A stretch of DNA of 39,704 nt from a bacterium (GTDB taxonomy: Bacteria; Zhuqueibacterota; Zhuqueibacteria; Zhuqueibacterales; Zhuqueibacteraceae): the NCBI GenBank assembly GCA_044869275.1, contig JBIOXB010000052.1, positions 1 to 39,704 on the forward strand, in the 5' to 3' direction. The notes below the pieces were generated by a model. That model ran no database searches, was not told the DNA's origin, and saw only the letters and a list, made by a program, of their open reading frames with translations. This document shows positions 1 through 7,520 of this stretch, piece after piece (the stretch's first letter is position 1; each line of letters opens with the position of its first letter). Position numbers and translations under genes: made by a program.

Positions 1-467
1 GGAGCCGCAAAGCGAAGAAAACCGGGGAGAAATGATGGATGATGAACCAAGGTGGGTGACGCACGGCATACTCCAGGGACCGATTCACCATCATGCTGCC
101 GCAGAGCATAGACTTGTCGTTAACACAAGTCGCTTTGTGTCCATCCACGAAAATGCAACATCCTTCCTTGTTCCGATCTTAGGGCCGGTCAGTAAATTTT
201 CTCCAACTTCAGCCAACGCCGTGAAGTGGTGGCGGTATTCTATTATTTATTCCGGTAAAACTGAAATTCCAGTTGGCCTCTCGCCCGCCTCTTCAAATTA
301 CTCTGATCGAAATCATGGTTGCTACTTCGCCTCCGATCCCAAGATGAGCACGGCACTATTGATTGACCTTGCCGCAGCGAGGGCAGTCCTGCGCACGAGC
401 CTGTCGTTTGCGCTTCCGCAAGGCAACCTCTCCGCCCCTCGGCAGAAAAACGAGACCAGCCAAAAAC

Positions 468-3164
468 ATGTTCAATCCAGCTGATTCCGGCCACGGCGCA
501 GAGCCTCATTCGACGACCTCGGAAGCGAACCCCACAATTAGAGAAGCGGATCTGCGCCTCGACCTTACCGCGCGCGACAGCTTGCGGCCGGTGGCGACTG
601 GACTCGCCGTGCTCTATCTCGTGTTTGCCGTGAGCCACATGCGCACGTTGCCGCCAGACGCGGCCATCCCGATGAGCCTCGTGGCCGCCAGCACCGCCAT
701 GATCTTGTTCGGCCTGCGCGTGACATTCGGCCGGTGGCAAATTTCTCCGCGTTGGGCGCATCCGGCCCTGGCCATGATCGCAGGTTTGGCATTGCTCAAC
801 AGCCTGCTGCATCTCCATTTCACTCTCGAGCCGCAACAAACGACCAATCTTCTGCTGGTGGTCATCGGATCAGGATTGCTTTTTCTTTCCAAACACTGGC
901 TGGGATTCATCATCCTGGCCACGCTATGTGGCTGGGGGATGCTCGTTTGGAGGGCGCCCTCTTCACCCAGCTGGGTGCATTTCGGATTCGCTTTGCTCTC
1001 GGCAGCCGTTCTTTCCACACTGGTGCACACCGTGCGCGTGCGCACGCTGCGGCGACTGGAAGGGCTGCGTGTGCGTGAGCACATCCGGACGACAGAACTG
1101 GCGATTGCGGTGGAGGTGAGTGAAGCTCCGACTTTTGAGCGCGCCATGCAAATCGCGCTCAATCGCATTTGTGCCCTCACGGGATGCGCCGCGGGGCACG
1201 CTTATGTTCCCATGGACGCTTCACCGGATCAGTTGATTTCGACCAATATCTGGCACTTCAAGCAAGAAGCGCCTTTTCAAAAGCTGCGGCAAGTCACCCA
1301 GGGCACCCGCCTCGCTTCAGGATCCGGTTTGGCCGGACGGGTGCTCGCCAGTCAAAAGCCTCTGTGGATCGCCGACGTGGCCACCGATCCGATTTTTGCC
1401 AGCACGGGTTTGACGGAAAATCTGGGCGTGGTCTCCGCTTTCGCGATCCCCGTGCGGGACGGACCAGAGCTCTTAGCCGTGCTGGAATTCTTCTCCGACC
1501 AGGCGAGGCCTCCCGAGGAGAGCTGGTTGGAAGTTTTGGCGAATATTGGCGCGCATGTGGGTCGAGTGATTCGGCGCCATTGGGCTGAGGCGGCGCTGCG
1601 CGAAAGCGAAGCGGCGTTGCGCGAAAGCGAAGAGAAATACCGCCTGTTGGTCGAGAATACCGAAACACCGATCACGCTCTATGATGGCGCGGGCAAGCTG
1701 ATTTTTATTAATCACGTTGGCGCACAGAACATGGGCAGCACGCCCGAGGCGCTGGTGGGCAAATCTCTTTATGAACTGTTTCCGCAGCCTGAAGCCGGCG
1801 AGTTTCTCGCCCGCATGCAAAAAATCATCGACTCGGGCAGCGGCGATCACTATGAGGATTCGGTCAACCTTCCGCGCGGCGAGCGCTGGTTTTGGTCCAA
1901 TCTGCAAGCCATTAGAGATGAAGCCGGACGACGCGTGGGCGTGCAAATCATTTCGCAGGACATCACCGAGCTCAAACAAGCCGAGCAGCAACTCGCGCAC
2001 GCCAAACAAGTCGCCGAGCAATCGACCCGGGCATTGGAGCGTTTTTTGGCCAACCTGAGCCACGAGATTCGCACTCCGATGCACGCCGTGGTCGGCATGG
2101 CGCACCTGTTGCAGAATACGGCGCTGAATGTCGAGCAGAAGGAGTTTGTGCAGGCGTTGCGCTCGGCTTCGGAGCACTTGCTCGGGATCGTGAATGACAT
2201 ACTCGATTTTTCCAAAATCGAGGCAGGGACGATCGCCTTCGCACAAGTCGAATTCAATCTGCGGGAGATCATCCACGAAAGCACGCAAACGCTGAAGTTC
2301 AAGGCGCGCGAGAAGGGTCTCGAGATTTTGGTGGAGTGGGAGGACGGCCTCCCTGCCTTTCTGATCGGCGATCCGCTCCGGCTCAGGCAGATTCTGATGA
2401 ATCTCTTGAGCAACGCGGTCAAGTTCACCGCAGCCGGCAGAATTACGGTGCGCACGAGTCTGCTCACTTCCAACACCAGCAGCGTTTCCCTGCTCTTCAC
2501 GGTGGCAGATACCGGCATCGGCATTCGCCCCGAGCATCAGCATCGCGTTTTTGACAGATTTGCCCAGGCGGAACCTTCTGGCCAGCGCAGGTTTGCAGGC
2601 ACAGGTTTAGGTCTGACCATCGCCAAGCAATTGGTGGAGAAGCAGGGAGGCACCATTACGGTGGAGAGCGAGATCGGCAAGGGATCAACTTTTCGCGTGA
2701 CGTTGCCATTTGAAAAAGCACAAACGGCGGTTTCCGCCCCTCATGCCTTCGGGGCCGGCCAAGAGCAGACCCAGCCTTTGCTGGGGCTCGATATTTTGCT
2801 GGTGGAAGACGACAAGCTTTGCCAAATGTTAGCCGTCAATTTGACAAATAAATGGGGCGCAAAAATCGAGGTGGCTGAGAACGGCAAGATTGCGCTCGCG
2901 AAGATGGCGCAACATGCCTACGACCTGGTATTGCTGGATGTAAAAATGCCCGAAATGGACGGCTATGAAACCGCAGATTTTATCCGGCACAAAATGGCGG
3001 GCGCGATGCGCGAGGTTCCAATTCTGGCGATGACAGCATCGGCCTCGGCTATGACGCTCGAAAAGATCCGGGCACACGGCATCAATGATTTTATCACCAA
3101 GCCCTTTGCGCCGGAAGCGTTGTCGGTGAAAATCACCTCGCTCGTGCAAGAGCGGAAGCGATAG
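468..3164 (+). CDS. Membrane hybrid sensor histidine kinase (several TM helices, GAF, PAS, HisKA, HATPase_c, receiver)
   Basis: H-box ANLSHEIRTPM, N-box LMNLLSNAVKFT, G1 DTGIGI, G2 GTGLGL; REC LLVEDD...DLVLLDVKMPEMDG...KP; PAS ending ISQDITELK; GAF-like GSGLAGRV...AFAIPV...VLEFF; hydrophobic N-terminal segments. ATG at 468 preferred over the TTG at 363 in the ORF track. Confidence 0.93.
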   Translation: MFNPADSGHGAEPHSTTSEANPTIREADLRLDLTARDSLRPVATGLAVLYLVFAVSHMRTLPPDAAIPMSLVAASTAMILFGLRVTFGRWQISPRWAHPALAMIAGLALLNSLLHLHFTLEPQQTTNLLLVVIGSGLLFLSKHWLGFIILATLCGWGMLVWRAPSSPSWVHFGFALLSAAVLSTLVHTVRVRTLRRLEGLRVREHIRTTELAIAVEVSEAPTFERAMQIALNRICALTGCAAGHAYVPMDASPDQLISTNIWHFKQEAPFQKLRQVTQGTRLASGSGLAGRVLASQKPLWIADVATDPIFASTGLTENLGVVSAFAIPVRDGPELLAVLEFFSDQARPPEESWLEVLANIGAHVGRVIRRHWAEAALRESEAALRESEEKYRLLVENTETPITLYDGAGKLIFINHVGAQNMGSTPEALVGKSLYELFPQPEAGEFLARMQKIIDSGSGDHYEDSVNLPRGERWFWSNLQAIRDEAGRRVGVQIISQDITELKQAEQQLAHAKQVAEQSTRALERFLANLSHEIRTPMHAVVGMAHLLQNTALNVEQKEFVQALRSASEHLLGIVNDILDFSKIEAGTIAFAQVEFNLREIIHESTQTLKFKAREKGLEILVEWEDGLPAFLIGDPLRLRQILMNLLSNAVKFTAAGRITVRTSLLTSNTSSVSLLFTVADTGIGIRPEHQHRVFDRFAQAEPSGQRRFAGTGLGLTIAKQLVEKQGGTITVESEIGKGSTFRVTLPFEKAQTAVSAPHAFGAGQEQTQPLLGLDILLVEDDKLCQMLAVNLTNKWGAKIEVAENGKIALAKMAQHAYDLVLLDVKMPEMDGYETADFIRHKMAGAMREVPILAMTASASAMTLEKIRAHGINDFITKPFAPEALSVKITSLVQERKR
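1590..1631 (+). repeat. 21-bp tandem duplication encoding (AALRESE)x2 in the GAF-PAS linker helix
   Basis: GCGGCGCTGCGCGAAAGCGAA (1590-1610) then GCGGCGTTGCGCGAAAGCGAA (1611-1631), 20/21 identical. Confidence 0.9.
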
Positions 3165-3413
3165 ACCCAGTGATACAATCCAAACCTGCCTGCAGGGATT
3201 CATAGTGGCGGGGCCCCCTTTGACGAGACTCGAAGCACATGCAATCATGCAATCGTGTTTTTCCAATCCGCGTGCGAGATTCTGCTCATTTTTGGGAATA
3301 GTATCATCTTGATGCGACAATGGTCCACTTATTCCTATTGCAAAACAGCCAGAGCTGCAATTCAATCTATAATTCAAAAGCACTTATGTATGTTTAGTCA
3401 CAATTTTGAATTG

Positions 3414-3429
3414 TGGCGTGGTGTTTGCA
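3414..3429 (+). promoter_or_regulatory. Putative sigma54 (-24/-12) promoter of the Hpt / NtrC-like operon
   Basis: TGGCGTG-GTGT-TTGCA has exact GG-N10-GC spacing and TTGCA, against the consensus TGGCACG-N4-TTGCW. It lies in an AT-rich intergenic region about 100 bp before ATG 3530. Confidence 0.65.
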
Positions 3430-3435
3430 ATAAAT

Positions 3436-3453
3436 AATTACGAAATCGTAATT
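3436..3453. promoter_or_regulatory. Perfect inverted repeat, candidate operator over the predicted sigma54 start site
   Basis: AATTACGA-AA-TCGTAATT (8-bp arms, 2-bp spacer), starting 7 bp after the end of the -12 element. Confidence 0.5.
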
Positions 3454-3529
3454 TCAATAAGTTAAAGTTTGTGTAATTGTTTCAGCTTAGAACATGGTTG
3501 CGTTGCACCGCAACGGTAAGTGAGGGGAC

Positions 3530-3889
3530 ATGAACTACATTGATCTATCCTACGTTCGCGAAGTCGCTGATGGTGATGACCAATTCGTCGCGGAATTGAT
3601 CCACTCTTTCATTCTTTCCACACCCTCCTACTATGAAGAAGTCAGGCATCGCGTGCTGGAAAAAGACCGCCAAGAGCTGCAGGCGGCGGCGCATCGCCTA
3701 AAATCAGCGGCCCTCAATTTTGGGCTGACCGAGCTGGTGCGCATGATCAAAGCGATCGAAGAGAAAGCCGCCAGCGAAGCTGATTGGGAAAGCCTGCCAC
3801 CGTTGCTCAGCAAGATGAGTCTCGTTTTGGAGGCTTCGCTGACGGAGCTGAAAAACGAGCTGGAAAAATTTAACCGGCACAGCAATTGA
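3530..3889 (+). CDS. Stand-alone Hpt (histidine phosphotransfer) protein
   Basis: IDLSYVREVADGDDQFVAELI N-terminus, AAHRLKSAA phospho-His motif, helical 119 aa; RBS GAGGGG upstream. Confidence 0.92.
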   Translation: MNYIDLSYVREVADGDDQFVAELIHSFILSTPSYYEEVRHRVLEKDRQELQAAAHRLKSAALNFGLTELVRMIKAIEEKAASEADWESLPPLLSKMSLVLEASLTELKNELEKFNRHSN

Positions 3890-3895
3890 TCCACG

Positions 3896-5317
3896 ATGAC
3901 GAGAAAGCGAAACATTCTGCTTATTGACGACGATCCCCTCGCCCATCAAATCGTCTCCAAATGCCTGGAGGGCAAAGAGTATCGTGTCTTTCACGCCTGT
4001 GATGGCGAAGAAGGATTGTCGAGTCTGGCGCATCACGCCATCGACGCGGTTCTGCTCGATCAAATGATGCCCAAGCTCGACGGTATCGGCCTGCTGCACA
4101 AGATGAAAGAAATAGCATTAGAGGTGCCGGTGATCATGGTGACGGGATATGGCTCGATCCCGCAGGCGGTCAAGGCCATGCAGCTGGGCGCGGCGCATTA
4201 CCTCGCCAAGCCGTTCCACCCGGAAGAGCTCGAGGTGGTCATCAAGAAAGCGGTGGAACACAACGAGCTTAAACAAGAAGTGCAGCGCTTGAAAGAAGAG
4301 GCAGGCCAACAGTATCGCTTCGGCAATATCGTATGCCGCTCGAAGCCCATGCAGCAGATTTGCCGGTTGCTCGACGATCTCGCGGACACCGATGCAACCG
4401 TCTTGATCCAGGGCGAAACCGGCACGGGCAAAGAAATGATTGCCAGAACGATTCACGACCGCAGCCGGCGCAAAGCCGCTCCCATGGTTTGCTTCAATTG
4501 CGGCGCGCTCGCCGAAACGCTGTTGGAAAGCGAGCTGTTCGGACATGAAAAAGGCGCGTTTACCGGCGCCAACAAAACCAGGATCGGGCGCTTCGAGCAG
4601 GCCCGCGGCGGCACGGTCTTTCTGGATGAGATCGGAGATATTCCGCACCATACGCAAATCAAACTGCTGCGGGTGTTGCAGGAAAGAGAATTCGAGCGCG
4701 TGGGCGGCAATGAAAGCATCAAGGTCGACGTGCGCGTGATTTCGGCGACGCACCGGGATTTGCGCCAAGCCATTGCGGCGGGCAGTTTTCGCGAGGATTT
4801 GTTTTTCCGCCTGAATGTCGTGCTGGTCGAGATTCCCCCGCTGCGAGACAGGCTTGAAGACTTGTTGCCGCTCGCCTTTCATTTTCTCAGAGAATGCTCG
4901 ACGCAATTTCAGAAGGACATCGATAAGATCGAGCCCGAAGCGGTCCAGCTCCTGCACAAGCAGCACTGGCGCGGCAATGTGCGCGAGCTGCGCAACACCA
5001 TCGAGCGCGCCGTGATCCTGGAGAAATCTCGGGCTTTGAGCAGGGCGACCGTGGTGCGTTGTTTGCAAGCAAGCGAACCCGGTCATTTTCAATTCCCCTT
5101 TCCCGACGACATACCCTACCGTGCCGCCAAGCGGGAACTGCTCGAGCGCTTCGAGCGGGAGTATCTGAGCCGCCTCTTGGAGAAAGAACACGGCAATATC
5201 ACCCACGCCGCACAACTCGCCAAGATGGACTATAAGAGCTTTTATGAAAAGATGAGGAAGCACAATCTCAGCAAATGGGAATTCAAAGACGAAGAAAAAA
5301 GGAAATCGCCAAGATAA
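3896..5317 (+). CDS. Sigma54-dependent response regulator, NtrC/AtoC family (REC-AAA+-Fis HTH)
   Basis: REC LIDDD...LLDQMMP...VTG...KP; Walker A GETGTGKE; ESELFGHEKGAFTGA; FLDEIG; FREDLFFRL; WRGNVREL; C-terminal GNITHAA HTH. Confidence 0.96.
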   Translation: MTRKRNILLIDDDPLAHQIVSKCLEGKEYRVFHACDGEEGLSSLAHHAIDAVLLDQMMPKLDGIGLLHKMKEIALEVPVIMVTGYGSIPQAVKAMQLGAAHYLAKPFHPEELEVVIKKAVEHNELKQEVQRLKEEAGQQYRFGNIVCRSKPMQQICRLLDDLADTDATVLIQGETGTGKEMIARTIHDRSRRKAAPMVCFNCGALAETLLESELFGHEKGAFTGANKTRIGRFEQARGGTVFLDEIGDIPHHTQIKLLRVLQEREFERVGGNESIKVDVRVISATHRDLRQAIAAGSFREDLFFRLNVVLVEIPPLRDRLEDLLPLAFHFLRECSTQFQKDIDKIEPEAVQLLHKQHWRGNVRELRNTIERAVILEKSRALSRATVVRCLQASEPGHFQFPFPDDIPYRAAKRELLERFEREYLSRLLEKEHGNITHAAQLAKMDYKSFYEKMRKHNLSKWEFKDEEKRKSPR

Positions 5318-5417
5318 AGCCTCCTCCCTCCTGCCATTTCCCCCGCCTTCGCTCATAGGCTCCTGCGGTCGCGAAAAAATCGCGCTACTGAAAATCTCTC
5401 CTGCCCGCCTCGACTTT

Positions 5418-5456
5418 TTATAGAACGAAAACCATAATCCGAAAGAAACCCCATAA
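5418..5456. promoter_or_regulatory. Candidate upstream activator sequence for the sigma54 activator
   Basis: Imperfect inverted repeat TTATAG-N8-CCATAA (5418-5437) plus a second CCATAA at 5451-5456 in a similar GAA.GAAA(C)CCATAA context. It sits about 170-210 bp upstream of the predicted +1. Confidence 0.3.
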
Positions 5457-5601
5457 AATTTATCGCTGTCAGGTTTTCACAACCTATCCCAATAACACCC
5501 TCGCGCTCGCGGCTTAGTTAGATTGAAGTGACGAGAAATCGTATACTTGCCGCACGCGCAGTCAGAAGCTTTGACGCACCCCGAATCGTGCCTCCTGGTC
5601 C

Positions 5602-5617
5602 TGGTACGCAACTTGCA
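5602..5617 (+). promoter_or_regulatory. Putative sigma54 (-24/-12) promoter of the polysaccharide operon
   Basis: TGGTACG-CAAC-TTGCA has one mismatch to TGGCACG-N4-TTGCW and exact GG-N10-GC spacing. It lies directly downstream of a sigma54 activator gene and upstream of the operon's first gene. Confidence 0.8.
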
Positions 5618-5747
5618 AAGAAGCTCATTGAATAATTTTTTATGCACCATCGAAGCAAAATCACCAGAGCACCCAACACAGCGTCAGGGATGAGGAGGTC
5701 GCTGCTTCATGTTTCAACTTTGAGCCGGACGAAGTGCGGAGCTCCTT

Positions 5748-5984
5748 GTGAAGAACTTATTGAAATTCAAGCGCTGGGAAGCGGGGATCAAACAGTATGA
5801 GCTCGCCAATCTCTTAGGATGCAGTGCTTCGTATCTGTCCATGGTCGAGAACGGCCGGATGGAACCCACCAAGGATTTCAAAGAGAAGACCGCTTTACTT
5901 TTGAACCTGAGTATTCAGGAAATCTTCCCGGAAAAAAAAATGACGCGTGAAGCGCTAAGGGCAACTTATCCTGTGTCGCAATAA
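5748..5984 (+). CDS. XRE/Cro-family helix-turn-helix transcriptional regulator
   Basis: LKFKRWEAGIKQYELANLLGCSASYLSMVENGRMEP...LNLSIQEIF is a canonical HTH_3 pattern; GTG start with GGAG RBS. Confidence 0.9.
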   Translation: MKNLLKFKRWEAGIKQYELANLLGCSASYLSMVENGRMEPTKDFKEKTALLLNLSIQEIFPEKKMTREALRATYPVSQ

Positions 5985-6001
5985 TAACACTGGACCTACC
6001 C

Positions 6002-6553
6002 ATGGCATTCCACGAAGAGAGATTTCAACGCCCGCACCTCGAGGCGCAATGGTATGCTTTGCATACCAAACATCGCCATGAGAAAAAAGTCGAGGGCCGG
6101 CTCAAGGAAAAACTCGTCACCAGCTACCTGCCCCTCACCACGGTGTACCGGCGTTGGAGCGATCGCTATAAAAAAGTCCAGGAGCCGCTGTTCAGTTGTT
6201 ACGTCTTTGTGTGGATGGCGCTGCGGGATCGCCTCCCCGTGCTGCAGACGGAAGGCGCGGTGAATCTGGTATCATTCCGTGGAATTCCGGCGGCCATTCC
6301 CGCTGAGCAAATCGAGGCGATCCGGCGGGTGTTGGAGCAAAAGACCCACCTCGAACGCGTGGACTATTTTGCGCCCGGCGAGCACGTCCGGGTGGTGAGC
6401 GGGCCGTTGCAGGGCGTGGAGGGCAAGCTGCTGGTGCAGAAAAATAATCATCGCTTGATGATCATGGTGGAGGGCATCCATCAGGCCATTGCCGTTGAAA
6501 TCGATCCTCATCATGTGGCGCGGACCGCAGCCAGTGGTGTGTCGCATGCTTGA
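6002..6553 (+). CDS. upxY: UpxY-family (NusG paralog) transcription antiterminator
   Basis: NGN domain WYALHTKHRHEKKV...YLPL...RWSDRYKKVQEPLFSCYVFV; KOW GEHVRVVSGPLQGVEG; position at the head of a polysaccharide operon. Confidence 0.92.
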   Translation: MAFHEERFQRPHLEAQWYALHTKHRHEKKVEGRLKEKLVTSYLPLTTVYRRWSDRYKKVQEPLFSCYVFVWMALRDRLPVLQTEGAVNLVSFRGIPAAIPAEQIEAIRRVLEQKTHLERVDYFAPGEHVRVVSGPLQGVEGKLLVQKNNHRLMIMVEGIHQAIAVEIDPHHVARTAASGVSHA

Positions 6554-7520
6554 AACCCATTTTGCAAAACTCAGCAAGACCCTTGCGATCGCATGGTTCA
6601 CCAGCGCCGTCGTGCATCCCTTGCCGGCGCCGGGCCAGGAACAAAGAAAGATCCAACCTGGTGACGCGCTGCAAATCATCGTGCACAACAGTGAATCCTT
6701 GAGCCAAACCGCGGTCGTGAGCCCGGAGGGGGCCGTCGACCTTCCGTTCATGCAAGGCATGCCGGTGGCGGGCCTCTCCCTAACGCGCTTCCAGGAGATT
6801 TTGCGCGGCCAGTTGTCGCGCTACATGGAAAAAAGTCCGTTGCTTACGGTGCGCTTCACCGAAACGTATCCTGTCAAAATCACCGTGCTGGGGCAGGTGG
6901 TGCGGCCCGGCATTTACCTGGTGGCAAATACCTCGACGCTGCAGGGCGCGATCGGGCAGGCGGGGGGATTCATCCCGGGCGCGCAGTTGGCAAAAATCAG
7001 GTTGATCCGCGCCGGGGGTACGAATGGGTATCATGCCAACAACGGCGTGCACCGTGATAGCGTCAGCATCGTCAACATGGAAAGATTCTATCTCGAGGGA
7101 AATCCCTACGCCTTGCCGGCACTCGAAGAAGGCGATGTGATCGTGGTGCCGGGAAGCCCATTTGCGAACGCGATAAAGGTGCTGGGCAGCGTGACGCGGC
7201 CGGGGAGCTACGAGGTGGCATTCAAAACCAGCTTGCTCGATGTTCTGTTCATGGCCGGAGGGCCGACGGACCAAGCGAACTTGAATGGCATTCGGGTGCT
7301 CTCCCCGGGCGGGGAAGAAGCGCGAGAGATACGCGTCAGCATGAAAAATTTGCTGGCCACGAAGAACTTATCCGGTATACCGCTGCTGGCTCCCGGGGAC
7401 GTGGTGTATGTTCCCGAGCAGCCGGTCACATGGGGAAAAATTATGGGAGTGGTGCGCGATGTGACCATCATTGCATCATTGTACTTTCTGGTCAGTTATG
7501 GAACCGAAGCGAGAAGATAA
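6546..7520 (+). CDS. wza: Polysaccharide export protein (OPX/Wza-like, Poly_export plus SLBB domains)
   Basis: IQPGDALQIIV...VSPEGAVDLPFM...VAGLSL; VLGQVVRPGIY and VLGSVTRPGSY SLBB repeats; LAPGDVVYVP. ATG 6546 overlaps the upxY stop. Confidence 0.88.
   Translation: MLETHFAKLSKTLAIAWFTSAVVHPLPAPGQEQRKIQPGDALQIIVHNSESLSQTAVVSPEGAVDLPFMQGMPVAGLSLTRFQEILRGQLSRYMEKSPLLTVRFTETYPVKITVLGQVVRPGIYLVANTSTLQGAIGQAGGFIPGAQLAKIRLIRAGGTNGYHANNGVHRDSVSIVNMERFYLEGNPYALPALEEGDVIVVPGSPFANAIKVLGSVTRPGSYEVAFKTSLLDVLFMAGGPTDQANLNGIRVLSPGGEEAREIRVSMKNLLATKNLSGIPLLAPGDVVYVPEQPVTWGKIMGVVRDVTIIASLYFLVSYGTEARR

Noticed and set aside
111..131. Near-perfect palindrome GACTTGT(C)GTTAACACAAGTC
   Set aside because: Single copy with no clear promoter context; cannot assign a function.
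274..288. GG-N10-GC spacing (TGGCCTCTCGCCCGC) upstream of the kinase as a third sigma54 promoter
   Set aside because: Lacks TTGC at -12 and matches -24 poorly; expected by chance in GC-rich DNA.
1..467. ORFs 32..484 (+) and 243..839 (-), and a possible minus-strand gene start running off the left edge
   Set aside because: No recognisable motifs or convincing RBS; they overlap the kinase gene or its upstream region; there is too little sequence to support a divergent gene.
5709..5750. Selenocysteine or stop read-through at the in-frame TGA (5721-5723) extending the XRE protein
   Set aside because: No convincing SECIS-like hairpin, XRE has its own RBS and GTG, and all other genes use TGA as a normal stop.
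5932..5940. A9 tract in the XRE gene as a phase-variation switch or an XRE-UpxY frameshift fusion
   Set aside because: It lies after the HTH domain, and both shifted frames hit TGA within a few codons. Slippage would only trim the tail and cannot fuse to UpxY.
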